A stretch of DNA of 51,260 nt from Chitinivibrionales bacterium (GCA_041641555.1 JBEPYC010000005.1:1-51260), one strand, 5' to 3'; positions 18,044 through 27,507 are shown, numbered from the stretch's first letter. Notes: generated by a model not told the origin, from the sequence alone. A program made the numbers and translations.

Positions 18044-18808
18044 TCAGGCATTGATACGCTGTAACAGGCGAGCGCGAAGCTTCAGTATTGCCTTGGAGTG
18101 AATCTGACTCACTCGCGATTCGGAGATCTCAAGCACAACCCCTATTTCTTTCAACGTCAACTCCTCATAATGATACAAGGCAACCACCAGTCGCGCTTTG
18201 TCCGGTAAGCTCGTGATAGCGTCTTTCAAGATCGTCTTCAGCTCCTCGAAACCGAGAGCTTTCAACGGATTCTCACTGCCTGGATCTTCAATTGTTTCGA
18301 TCAGCTTTATCTGCTTGGAATCTCCCCCCCTGTCCGGCATCGATTCTTCAAGTGACAGGATTGTAGTAGGAGTTATCTCCGCGAGAAGCTCTTCGTATTC
18401 ACGAGGAGTGATATCCAGTTCAGCACATACTTCGTCATCGTAGGGTGCCCTGCCAAGCTCATTTTCGAGCTTACCGTGTGCTCGCTGCACTTCACGATAC
18501 TTCTGTCGAATCGATCGAGGCACCCAGTCCATAGACCGGAGTTCATCCAGGATCGCTCCGCGAATTTTGTGCCCCGCATAGGTCTCGAATTTGAACCCGC
18601 GGCCAGGATCGAAGGTTTCCACCGCCCGGATAAGCCCGAGTACTCCCGCACTGGTAAGATCATCGCGATCAACGGTTTTGGGCAGGTTAACTGCTACCCG
18701 CGAAGCAATATACTTCACCAGATGGGCATATTCCACAAGCAGCTTGTCTTTAGCTACTTTCGATCCGGTTTCCTTGAATTCTTTCCACACGCTCTCGAGG
18801 TTGGACAT
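18044..18808 (-). CDS. fliA: flagellar sigma factor sigma-28 (FliA/SigD/WhiG)
   Basis: FDPGRGFKFETYAGHKIRGAILDELR (region 2) and LTLKEIGVVLEISESRVSQIHSKAILKLR (region 4). The ATG at 18808 (MSNLESVW) follows GAAGGGG. Confidence 0.93.
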   Translation of the reverse strand: MSNLESVWKEFKETGSKVAKDKLLVEYAHLVKYIASRVAVNLPKTVDRDDLTSAGVLGLIRAVETFDPGRGFKFETYAGHKIRGAILDELRSMDWVPRSIRQKYREVQRAHGKLENELGRAPYDDEVCAELDITPREYEELLAEITPTTILSLEESMPDRGGDSKQIKLIETIEDPGSENPLKALGFEELKTILKDAITSLPDKARLVVALYHYEELTLKEIGVVLEISESRVSQIHSKAILKLRARLLQRINA

Positions 18809-18940
18809 GCAAGCCCCTTCTATACATTCCAAAGCGGACTCTCAACAATACTGCTTATTTTGTCTCATACACTATTGTGCCGTTCACGCTGCCTGATATG
18901 CAATCATGTCGTGGCTTTTAAGCCCCGGATATTGAGCCGA

Positions 18941-19282
18941 TTACGATGATTCCTGCGTTGATGAAGTCGACTCGTCGGTTACCTGCACTTCAGCAGGCTC
19001 TATGCTCATACTCTTCTTCTGCTCACGAAGGCGCTGCGACAATCCTTCGTCGAGAATATCAATGGTTTTCAGCTCGATGTCCTCTATGATTCCCTTGAAC
19101 AGAATATCGGCAAGTATGAATGCCCCTATCCAGATGAGCATCGATAGTCCGAAGGCTTTTATGAAGGATATCAACACGATATCCGGATTGAACAGATCGT
19201 GGGGATCCAGACCCATAAAAAAAATCACGAAAAAGCAGAGCATCGCCACAATCCGCGCGCATCGTTTAATCCATAAAATCAT
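18941..19282 (-). CDS. hypothetical two-TM membrane protein between flhG and fliA
   Basis: MILWIKRCARIVAMLCFFVIFFMG and FGLSMLIWIGAFILADILF look like TM helices, followed by an acidic/Ser-rich tail. The ORF is open to 19312. No family recognised. Confidence 0.5.
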   Translation of the reverse strand: MILWIKRCARIVAMLCFFVIFFMGLDPHDLFNPDIVLISFIKAFGLSMLIWIGAFILADILFKGIIEDIELKTIDILDEGLSQRLREQKKSMSIEPAEVQVTDESTSSTQESS

Positions 19283-19324
19283 TGCGTCCTTCTCCTGAAC
19301 CCGTGACCGCAACCGTGCCTCATC

Positions 19325-20236
19325 CTATCCACCAATCTTCGCAAAGACTCTGGAAAAAAATCCCTGATTCGAAACAGCAGGAATCCCGCAGATTTTCCGC
19401 GCACACCCTGCAAGTCTGACCGAGAAAGTCGAATTGGGTTTTTCGACGGTAATAAGCTTCTGGCGCCGTACCATTCGTGGTATATCCCTGTCTGAGGGCA
19501 AAATACCTGCGCAATTCAGTTTTCTCTTGAGAAATCTCGAAGAAAGTGTGTTTAGCCGGTCGAAAGCTTCCATTCCTTCCGTATCGGAATTGGCCATGTT
19601 CACGAGGACCTCGATCGATTCGGCTCCTCGCTCATGCAAGACCTTCACCATGGCATAGGCATCGGCAAGCGATGTCGGCTCGGGTGTCATAACACAGAGG
19701 CTACGGTCCGCCAGCGAAGCGAATCCGCTCGCGGCTGTACCTATCCCGGCACTGGTGTCAATCACCATGAGATCATACTGTTGCTGCAGCGGTATCAGGC
19801 TCCGCTTGAGAATTTCCAGCTGCAAAGGATCTGCATTCGCCAGTTTCTCCATACCCGATGCGCCCGGAATGATCCTGACTCCCCCGGGTCCTTCACATAT
19901 AATCTCATCAATCGAGCATTCCTGCGATACCACATGCGACAAATTTTTCTGTGGGGCGAGCCCAAGCAGGATATGCACATTGGCCAGCCCGAGGTCACCA
20001 TCGAAAAGCAGTACCTTCTTCTTGAGCAGGGACAAGGCCACACTGAGCATCAGGGCAATATTTGTTTTTCCAACTCCACCCTTTCCGCTCGAAACGGATA
20101 TGGTGCGAAGTTTCCCGCGAACTGATTCCGCTTCCATTCGGGGTTTACCAGCCGAGTTTCCCCCCCCGGAGCCGGCACTTCTCATGATCTCCCGTAAACG
20201 CTGCGCCTGATCGATCACCTCTCGACCCCTTCCCAC
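19325..20236 (-). CDS. flhG: MinD/ParA-type ATPase FlhG (FleN/YlxH), regulator of flagellar number and placement
   Basis: Deviant Walker A SGKGGVGKT, then LLFDGDLGLANV and MVIDTSAGIG. It lies directly after flhF with a 22-nt overlap. Confidence 0.9.
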   Translation of the reverse strand: MGRGREVIDQAQRLREIMRSAGSGGGNSAGKPRMEAESVRGKLRTISVSSGKGGVGKTNIALMLSVALSLLKKKVLLFDGDLGLANVHILLGLAPQKNLSHVVSQECSIDEIICEGPGGVRIIPGASGMEKLANADPLQLEILKRSLIPLQQQYDLMVIDTSAGIGTAASGFASLADRSLCVMTPEPTSLADAYAMVKVLHERGAESIEVLVNMANSDTEGMEAFDRLNTLSSRFLKRKLNCAGILPSDRDIPRMVRRQKLITVEKPNSTFSVRLAGCARKICGIPAVSNQGFFSRVFAKIGG

Positions 20237-21444
20237 AGGCGCTGCACGAACCGTGCCGCATGCGCCACTTCGATATCATCCGGCACGCTTTGGCCCGTGG
20301 CGAAATACGATACCGGAATGCCGGTTTCTGCAACAGTGTTCAGGATATTTCCCAGCCGTACCGTTTCGTCGAGTTTCGTAAAAAGCAACCTGTTTACTCC
20401 TGCGGTACGGTATCGCTTGATGATATCGTTGAGGTCCGAGTCTTTGGTGGTAGCACTCAGGACCAGGTGTGTCTGATCCGGCTGCATCTGGTGAAGCATT
20501 TCCCGCAGTTCATCCATGTGCTCCCGGTTTTTCTGACTCCGGCCGGCAGTGTCGATCAAAACGATATCATCGTTATGACAGGCAGAACGAGCCATGCGCA
20601 CTTCATTGGGCGAAAACACTACCTGTAAACCAACTCCTACGATATCGGCAAACGTCCGAATTTGTTCGATCGCAGCAATACGGTATGTATCGGATGTTAT
20701 AATCGAGACCGACATTCCCTTATTGGCAACGAAATGAGCGGCAAGCTTTGCCAGTGTCGTTGTTTTCCCGGCACCGGTCGGCCCGACAAATGCAACGGTC
20801 AAAGGCCCATCGGAGCGGGGGCGCAACGGGCCGGTTACCGGAAACGATGCAGCAAGGGCTGCGGAGAAGGTCTCGTCGATTGTAGTTCCAGCACTTTCAT
20901 AGCTTTCCCGAACTTCGTTGATAAGGTTTTTTGCGACCTGCGGCTTAACTTCGGACTCGGTCAGTTTAGTGTAAAGGAGCTCCCACCCCCCCACCAGCTC
21001 TCCACTGACCTCCTGTTTTCCTCCTCCCGAGACCACCGAACGTACCATGGCCTTGAGTTCATTGAGTTCACGTCGGAGTTCGAAAATCGATGTATCACGG
21101 CTTCTGTCTGCCGTGGCCACTTCCTCCGTGCGTTCCGGTTGCGTCTGCCCAATCGGACGAACCGGTACCGGAGGAGCTTCGGGCACCGGCGGTCTTTTCG
21201 ATTGGTGATGCGGATGGTTGTACACTCCAGCTTCGGCCATTTTCAGCGGATCGAACGTCTGCGTCTTCTTCGGTCCTCCGTCGTCGATTCCCGCAGTCAC
21301 TTCGATATCGCTCTTACCACCCAGCGATAAAAATCCGTTGGATACCCGTTCGGTTTTCAGGATCACGGCATCTTCGCCAAGTTCCTGTCGAATCAGCATC
21401 AGCGCTTCTCGCATGCTGCCTGCCCTGAATTTTTTTATTCTCAC
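20215..21444 (-). CDS. flhF: SRP-type GTPase FlhF
   Basis: MRIKKFRAGSMREALMLIRQELGEDAVIL, FVGPTGAGKTTTLAKLAA (G1), IDTAGRS (G3) and TKLDET (G4). Confidence 0.92.
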   Translation of the reverse strand: MRIKKFRAGSMREALMLIRQELGEDAVILKTERVSNGFLSLGGKSDIEVTAGIDDGGPKKTQTFDPLKMAEAGVYNHPHHQSKRPPVPEAPPVPVRPIGQTQPERTEEVATADRSRDTSIFELRRELNELKAMVRSVVSGGGKQEVSGELVGGWELLYTKLTESEVKPQVAKNLINEVRESYESAGTTIDETFSAALAASFPVTGPLRPRSDGPLTVAFVGPTGAGKTTTLAKLAAHFVANKGMSVSIITSDTYRIAAIEQIRTFADIVGVGLQVVFSPNEVRMARSACHNDDIVLIDTAGRSQKNREHMDELREMLHQMQPDQTHLVLSATTKDSDLNDIIKRYRTAGVNRLLFTKLDETVRLGNILNTVAETGIPVSYFATGQSVPDDIEVAHAARFVQRLWEGVER

Positions 21445-21482
21445 AAATCCCCAATCCTTCGATATATTCTTAATTTGGTTAA

Positions 21483-23588
21483 TTACTGTAACTCACCATT
21501 ATTCCGCTCGAGGCTGATCATGCCGGCCGATCGTATCTCGATACCGGGCACTATCTCATTATACGAAAGTACCACGACATCGGGGAAACTGGTTTCGGCA
21601 AGTCTCTTGAGCTGGGAGCGAATCGTGGGCGAACATATCACAATTGGAATTTCGCCGCGTTTCTTGGCCTCTTCCGTCTCCCCTCCAAGGGCTTCCATAA
21701 TCTTCCCGACATCCCCAGGTGCCACCGACAATCGAAAACCGGTATCTGTCTCCTGCAATGAAGACTCCAGCCGCGCCTCGAGATCCGGGTCCATAGCGAT
21801 AACCGGTATCACATTCGACTCATCCTTGAACATCTCGCATATTTGCGGAGCAAGTGCGTTACGGACATATTCGGTGAGTATTTCCGGGTTTTTGTTCCGT
21901 GGAGCTACATTGGCGAGCGTTTCCAGAATTATCAGCAGATCACGTATCGGTACCTGTTCCCGGAGAAGGTTCTGGAGCACGCGATGAATCTCTCCGATTG
22001 TCAGAACGTTCGGTACAAGTTCGCTCACCACAGTGGAATGCGTTTCCTTGATGTTATCAATGAGGCTCTGAACGTCCTGGCGGGTCAGGAGGTCATCGGC
22101 ATGGCGTTTAATCACCTCTGTCAGGTGTGTTGCCAGTACAGCCGGCAGTTCAACGACTGTGTAGCCAGCAAGTTCAGCCGACTCACGTTGACTCTCGGTT
22201 ATCCAGAGTGCCGGGAGCCCAAATGCCGGTTCAACGGTTTCTACACCTCTGATCTTCTTTGTCGCCGTTCCAGGATCCATTGCCAAATACGAGCCACTCA
22301 TCAGCTCCCCGCTCCCGACTTCGAGGGTACGAATCCTGACCCGGTATTCGTTTGGCTTGAGCTGAATGTTATCTCGGATCCGTATCGGAGGAATAATCAC
22401 TCCCAACTGCGAGGCGAGCTGCCGACGGATCATGGTGATACGATCGAGTAGATCTCCCCCCTGGGATTTATCGACCAGCGGAATCATTCCATACCCTATC
22501 TCCAGTTCCATCGGATCGACATGCAGATAGTCTTCCACCCGCTCTTCGGCAGGCCTGGAAGGTGCTTCGGCCTCTTGGGCTTCAACGACCTCACGCTGCC
22601 TGGCCTGGGCGCCGGAAATGTATGCTCCACCCAGAGAGGCCACTCCCAGCGTAATAAATGGAAGCTTGGGGAACCCCGGGACCGCAGCGAAGAACAACAT
22701 GATGCCGCCCGTGACCGCAAGGACCTTCGGATTCGCAAACAGCTGCGTCCCGAGTTCTTCGCCGAGGTTGGTTTCCGATGCAGCGCGGCTGACAAGAAGG
22801 CCCGCACCAGTGGAAATCATCAGCGCGGGGATCTGACTCACCAGTCCGTCACCGATCGATAACATGGTAAAGGTTTGCACCGCTTCTCGCCAGTCGTAGC
22901 CAAGCATAACCATACCGACGATGAACCCGCCGATAACATTGACGATTGTTATGATGATTCCGGCAACCGCATCTCCCCGAACGAACTTCGACGCACCATC
23001 CATTGCTCCGTAGAATTCCGCTTCCTTCCCGATTTTTTCACGCCGCTGCCGCGCAACGTCTTCGGTGATAAGTCCGGCGTTCAAGTCTGCATCGATCGCC
23101 ATCTGCTTTCCCGGCATGGCATCCAAAGTGAACCGCGCCGCGACTTCGGCAATGCGGCCGGCACCCTTGGTGATCACGACAAACTGGATAATGACAATGA
23201 TAATGAAAATGATTACGCCGACGACGACATTACCCTTGGTCACAAAGTTTCCAAATACTTCGATGACCTTTCCGGCTTCTGCCGATCCCAGGATGAGTCG
23301 TGTGGTGGCAACATTGAGCGCAAGTCGAAACAATGTCACCGTAAGGAGAAGTGAAGGGAATACCGAAAACTCCAGAGGCTCCCGGTTGTACATAGTCGAA
23401 AGAAGGATTATCAGCGAAACACACAGGTTCAATGACAGGAGAAGATCGATTATCTGCGTCGGGATAGGCAGGATCATCACCACGATGATCGATACCACTC
23501 CCATTACGATCAGGAGATCTCGCCGCTTGAGGATTTTCTGCACAAGCGGCTTGTTCAGGCCAATGCTGAGTGTATCTGCTACGCTCAT
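21483..23588 (-). CDS. flhA: flagellar type III export gate protein FlhA
   Basis: FPSLLLTVTLFRLALNVATTRLIL, GNVVVGVIIFIIIVIIQFVVITKGAGRIAEVAARFTLDAMPGKQMAIDADL and a C-terminal cytoplasmic domain; 701 aa. Confidence 0.97.
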   Translation of the reverse strand: MSVADTLSIGLNKPLVQKILKRRDLLIVMGVVSIIVVMILPIPTQIIDLLLSLNLCVSLIILLSTMYNREPLEFSVFPSLLLTVTLFRLALNVATTRLILGSAEAGKVIEVFGNFVTKGNVVVGVIIFIIIVIIQFVVITKGAGRIAEVAARFTLDAMPGKQMAIDADLNAGLITEDVARQRREKIGKEAEFYGAMDGASKFVRGDAVAGIIITIVNVIGGFIVGMVMLGYDWREAVQTFTMLSIGDGLVSQIPALMISTGAGLLVSRAASETNLGEELGTQLFANPKVLAVTGGIMLFFAAVPGFPKLPFITLGVASLGGAYISGAQARQREVVEAQEAEAPSRPAEERVEDYLHVDPMELEIGYGMIPLVDKSQGGDLLDRITMIRRQLASQLGVIIPPIRIRDNIQLKPNEYRVRIRTLEVGSGELMSGSYLAMDPGTATKKIRGVETVEPAFGLPALWITESQRESAELAGYTVVELPAVLATHLTEVIKRHADDLLTRQDVQSLIDNIKETHSTVVSELVPNVLTIGEIHRVLQNLLREQVPIRDLLIILETLANVAPRNKNPEILTEYVRNALAPQICEMFKDESNVIPVIAMDPDLEARLESSLQETDTGFRLSVAPGDVGKIMEALGGETEEAKKRGEIPIVICSPTIRSQLKRLAETSFPDVVVLSYNEIVPGIEIRSAGMISLERNNGELQ

Positions 23589-23589
23589 G

Positions 23590-25296
23590 TTATTCCTTCA
23601 CCGAAAACTTCAGCTGTGATTCTGCCCGACGTCCTTTGCGGTCCTCCACAATGCAGGTTACATCGAGCGTGCTGTCACAGCTAATCACGACACTTTTCCC
23701 CGGGTGCGTTGAATCGTTGTACGCCCAGGCGTAAGAAACCACATCACCCGCTACTTCATCCGGATCTGAGCCAAACGCGGTAACTACCACCTTTTCATTG
23801 CGGCTTGCCTCGTACACGGGAACATCAGAAAGTGAGGTCACGACAATCTCCCTGGAACTCCCGCTCAGCTCAACGCTGTCGATCACCGGCATGTGGTTTT
23901 TCAGGGCCATCACCACATTATTTACACGTTCAAGACTGTCCTCATCCCAGGCGTGGATGGTTATAGTATCCCGAAACTCAACCGTATCCTCGAAAAGCCC
24001 CTCGGGAGGGATATAGACAAAATCCGGCTCCTGACTTTCGAGCCTTCCCCGTGTTGTCGAGGTCACCCGGAACGTCCAGGAGGCCGAGTCCCAGCTATCC
24101 GGGTCATGAACCCAGGCGCGTAGAGAAACTGTGTCCTGAGCATCAAAGGGGACAACAGTGTAAGCATCGGCTGCATACCGGGTGCTATCGGTTCCGATAC
24201 TGTCGATGCTTGGAGACCGGTTTACCACTCCAGCCATCAGTGCAATACTCGTACTCACCGATTCCCCGAGCGGGTCGCGTGCAACGATATCGATGGTATC
24301 GAGAAAGTAGAGTGTGTCTTTTACGACTGAATTGCATCCGCTCCCTGCGCACTCAAATTCTGCTTCATTCCCCGATGCCGACAATGCTCCCTCGCCACGG
24401 TTGCTCCACTCATAGACAAGTGTTCCGGTATTGTCCGGATCTTTAGCGTATGCTTGCACAGTAAGAGAGCTGATCAGTGTATCCCGGTGTGCAATCATCG
24501 TCGGCGCGGTCGTATATCGAATACTGTCGATTACAATGCTCTCAAACCGCGGTGCTTTGTTTGCCCGGCGGTTAGAGATGATAATCTTCTGACGGATACT
24601 CGCCCCCTTGGGGTCATACACATGCACAAATACCGTGTCGACAAACCCTCCCGTTGGAGTAACATAGCTGCTGCTGATACCGGTAGAAGGTGACGGTTCG
24701 ACCCGGTGTCCCGACCATCCGACATTCACGCGTGCACCATCATCCTGATCACTCACCCTGACGGTCAATGTACACGTCTCCGCCGAATCGACTTCGTAGG
24801 AAATGGGCTTGCCGGTAAATGGGTACTCATTGCGGTTTACCGTTATCGAATGGAGTACTGGAGCAATATTCTCGACGTACACCCTGACGGTATTACTCCG
24901 AAGCAGCCCACTTCGTGCCTCGACATGGATGGAATCATACGCTCTGCCCGTCGAATCTGATACAGCCGGCTTTTCGGTCCAGTACACTTCCGTTTCAACT
25001 TCTGAGACCGTACCTCGTGCCGAAAGCAGCGGATCCCGCACGAACTTTGCCTGACCAAGTGACCAGGAGATTTCATCCATGGTGATGCTGTCTTCCGGAT
25101 TCAATATCTCCAGAATGACAGTCGTGGGAGTACCGCGAAAAACCGCTTCGGTCGTTCCCGTTCTACCCAGGCTTAGGCGTATCGGGTACGGAAACGTATC
25201 CGGCTCTACCGGTGTTTGCGCACAAAACGGGTAGACGCCCAGCCCCATCACAGCGATCGCACAGAGAAGGATGTATCGGGTCTTTGAATCTCTCAT
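23590..25296 (-). CDS. exported protein of unknown function with five tandem cadherin-like/Ig-like repeats, embedded between flhB and flhA
   Basis: The ATG overlaps the flhB TGA as ATGA, and the TAA lies 1 nt before the flhA ATG. Signal-peptide-like MRDSKTRYILLCAIAVMGLGVYPFCAQ. Repeat linkers are NIAPVLHSI, NKAPRFESI, NRSPSIDSI and NHMPVIDSV. DPD...Y-x-W signatures occur in the repeats. Confidence 0.75.
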   Translation of the reverse strand: MRDSKTRYILLCAIAVMGLGVYPFCAQTPVEPDTFPYPIRLSLGRTGTTEAVFRGTPTTVILEILNPEDSITMDEISWSLGQAKFVRDPLLSARGTVSEVETEVYWTEKPAVSDSTGRAYDSIHVEARSGLLRSNTVRVYVENIAPVLHSITVNRNEYPFTGKPISYEVDSAETCTLTVRVSDQDDGARVNVGWSGHRVEPSPSTGISSSYVTPTGGFVDTVFVHVYDPKGASIRQKIIISNRRANKAPRFESIVIDSIRYTTAPTMIAHRDTLISSLTVQAYAKDPDNTGTLVYEWSNRGEGALSASGNEAEFECAGSGCNSVVKDTLYFLDTIDIVARDPLGESVSTSIALMAGVVNRSPSIDSIGTDSTRYAADAYTVVPFDAQDTVSLRAWVHDPDSWDSASWTFRVTSTTRGRLESQEPDFVYIPPEGLFEDTVEFRDTITIHAWDEDSLERVNNVVMALKNHMPVIDSVELSGSSREIVVTSLSDVPVYEASRNEKVVVTAFGSDPDEVAGDVVSYAWAYNDSTHPGKSVVISCDSTLDVTCIVEDRKGRRAESQLKFSVKE

Positions 25297-26360
25297 GCCG
25301 CATTCCTGTTCTTCAGCCGATACACATAGGCAAGAATCTCCGCCACGGCCGAGAAAAACTCCATCGGGATATCATCCCCGGGTTCAACCTGTTCGTACAT
25401 GGCACGAGCCAACGGTTTATCTTCGACGATAGGGATACCGTTTTCCTTGGCCATGGTTTTTATTCGCTCGGCAATCAGCCTTTTTCCTTTTGCAAGTACC
25501 TTCGGGGTATCCATCTCTGTTGCTTCGTAGCGAATCGCTATAGCAATGTAGGTCGGATTGGTGACAACGACCGTAGCTTGCGGCACTTCCTGCATCATCC
25601 TTCGCCTCAGCATTTCCCGTTGTACCGTGCGAATCCGCCCTTTCATCTGCGGATCACCTTCCATCTGTTTGCGCTCTTCTTTCACTTCTTCTTTTGTCAT
25701 TTTCAAGTTCTTTTCGTAGTCATATCTCTGATATGCATAATCAAGGATCGCCAGTACGATCAGCAGCAACGCTATTCGGAGAATCAAGCGCGAAGAAAGC
25801 TCGGTCACGTACGTCCAGATCGCGCCTACCGGCATGTCTGTAAGCTGCAGCATTCGTTCGAAATCACCGCTTATGACCTGATAGGCTATAAAAGCGATAA
25901 TAACGATCTTCATGATACTCTTTGCCGTCTCGACCAGTGACTTTACCGAAAAGAGTCTTCCAAAACCTGAGATGGGGTTGATTTTGCTCAGCTTGGGCAT
26001 AAGCGGTTTGAGCGTGAAAAGTAACCCCACCTGAAAGTAATTGGCCACCAGCCCAATCAGGAGCAGTGTGGCCATGATCGGCCCGACAACCATCCCGGTG
26101 GTCTTCATGGCATGGCCGAACAGATCGACATATGCCCCCAGGCTCCGAGGCGGATCTGATATCAGTCCGAAAAAAAAGGTAATCACGTCGGACATTTTTT
26201 CAAACATCCAGCTGCCCCAGATTTTCAACACCGTATAGGAGCCCAGAAGAACAAGTACCGTGTTCACTTCCGTGCTCTTTGCGACGGTGCCTTTGCTGCG
26301 CGAGTCCGATCGTTTCTTATCGGTTGGCGCTTCGGTCCTTTCCTGAAAATCATCGGGCAT
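25293..26360 (-). CDS. flhB: flagellar type III export switch protein FlhB
   Basis: EAPTDKKRSDSRSKG, MTKEEVKEERKQMEGDPQMKGRIR, VVVTNPTYIAIAIRY (NPTH-type autocleavage region, here NPTY) and IPIVEDKPLARAMY. Confidence 0.95.
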   Translation of the reverse strand: MPDDFQERTEAPTDKKRSDSRSKGTVAKSTEVNTVLVLLGSYTVLKIWGSWMFEKMSDVITFFFGLISDPPRSLGAYVDLFGHAMKTTGMVVGPIMATLLLIGLVANYFQVGLLFTLKPLMPKLSKINPISGFGRLFSVKSLVETAKSIMKIVIIAFIAYQVISGDFERMLQLTDMPVGAIWTYVTELSSRLILRIALLLIVLAILDYAYQRYDYEKNLKMTKEEVKEERKQMEGDPQMKGRIRTVQREMLRRRMMQEVPQATVVVTNPTYIAIAIRYEATEMDTPKVLAKGKRLIAERIKTMAKENGIPIVEDKPLARAMYEQVEPGDDIPMEFFSAVAEILAYVYRLKNRNAA

Positions 26361-26425
26361 GTACCTGATGCCTCCTCAGCGGTACCACAGAATCTTTATG
26401 TTTCAGAAACGCGATCACCGGATTT

Positions 26426-27211
26426 CTAAGCCATCATGTAGAGAAGCTTCCAGATATCGGCAACCAGTGCTTCCATTATCTTCCGAAACGTCGAGAACAA
26501 CAATGGGAACACAACAGCAGTGGTTCCCAATCCAAGAAGTATCTGCATGGGCAGACCGACAAAGAACACATTGATTTGCGGAACAGTCCGCACAATGAGC
26601 CCCATTGCCAGATAAGAGATAAACAGAGTGACATACACCGGAGCGGCCAGCCGCAGGGCTGAGACGAATATACCGGCCGATATGCTGGTTAAATGGTATC
26701 CAACCCGTCCCCCCGGATACAGCACTCCGCTCAGGGGGACCAGTTCAAAACTTTTCTGTATTGCCAGAAGAAAAAAGTAGTGCCCGTTGATCAGAAGAAA
26801 GAAGATCGTGAAAACCAGCACTAACAGCTGTCCCATACTCGTAACCTGAGCGTTTGTGAATGGGTCAACCAGCCGCACAAAGGCAAATCCCATTCGCTGG
26901 TCGATCAGGTGTCCGGCGAACTGCACCGCCACGAACAGAAACGAGGAGACAAAACCCATGAGTATACCTACAAACAGCTCCTTTACAATCATTACTACAA
27001 ACCCACCCCAGGTAAAAGGCAGACTCTGGGTTTCCGGAAGAGGTATGACCGGGAAAAGCACCACAGTCAATATGAGCGAAAACGCCACCTTCAGCTGAGC
27101 GGGAATATTCTGGGATCCGAATACCGGCAGAAGCGCCATGACAGCCGTTATTCGTACGAATATCAGCAGAAAGAACTGAATATGTTCCAATGTGACGATT
27201 GGTGAATTCAT
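26426..27211 (-). CDS. fliR: flagellar export gate protein FliR
   Basis: The ATG at 27211 lies immediately after the fliQ stop. FFLLIFVRITAVMALLPVFG and multiple TM helices. The ORF is open to 27283, but that would overlap fliQ. Confidence 0.9.
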   Translation of the reverse strand: MNSPIVTLEHIQFFLLIFVRITAVMALLPVFGSQNIPAQLKVAFSLILTVVLFPVIPLPETQSLPFTWGGFVVMIVKELFVGILMGFVSSFLFVAVQFAGHLIDQRMGFAFVRLVDPFTNAQVTSMGQLLVLVFTIFFLLINGHYFFLLAIQKSFELVPLSGVLYPGGRVGYHLTSISAGIFVSALRLAAPVYVTLFISYLAMGLIVRTVPQINVFFVGLPMQILLGLGTTAVVFPLLFSTFRKIMEALVADIWKLLYMMA

Positions 27212-27213
27212 TG

Positions 27214-27483
27214 CTATCCTGCAATTGTGGGGATCATATCGAACAGCTGTCTCGTGAAATCCATTACACGAATGACCATCCACGGCAATAGTGCCATAAG
27301 CATTCCCACCATGACCAGAATTTTTGGTATGAATGTCAAGGTCATTTCATGAATCTGCGTGACGGCCTGGAACACTCCCACCGTCAGACCAACCACCAGT
27401 CCAGCCAGAAGCATCGGGGCCGAGATCACCAGAACCATCAAGATCGCATTTCTACCAACATCGATCGCTACTGCCGGTTCCAT
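27214..27483 (-). CDS. fliQ: flagellar export gate protein FliQ
   Basis: 89 aa; MLLAGLVVGLTVGVFQAVTQIHEMTLTFIPKI is the typical FliQ core. Confidence 0.95.
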   Translation of the reverse strand: MEPAVAIDVGRNAILMVLVISAPMLLAGLVVGLTVGVFQAVTQIHEMTLTFIPKILVMVGMLMALLPWMVIRVMDFTRQLFDMIPTIAG

Positions 27484-27507
27484 CGTTTTTTCCTTTGCGA
27501 TTCCTCG

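Noticed and set aside
26453-26460. GCCGATAT (sigma-28 -10-like) on the minus strand in the fliR 3' end upstream of flhB. Similar 8-mers occur at 20642..20649 and 19104..19111 (minus strand) and at 26676..26683 (plus strand).
   Set aside because: None has a TAAA-type -35 at the required 15-nt distance, and all lie inside coding sequence. Treated as chance or codon-driven matches.
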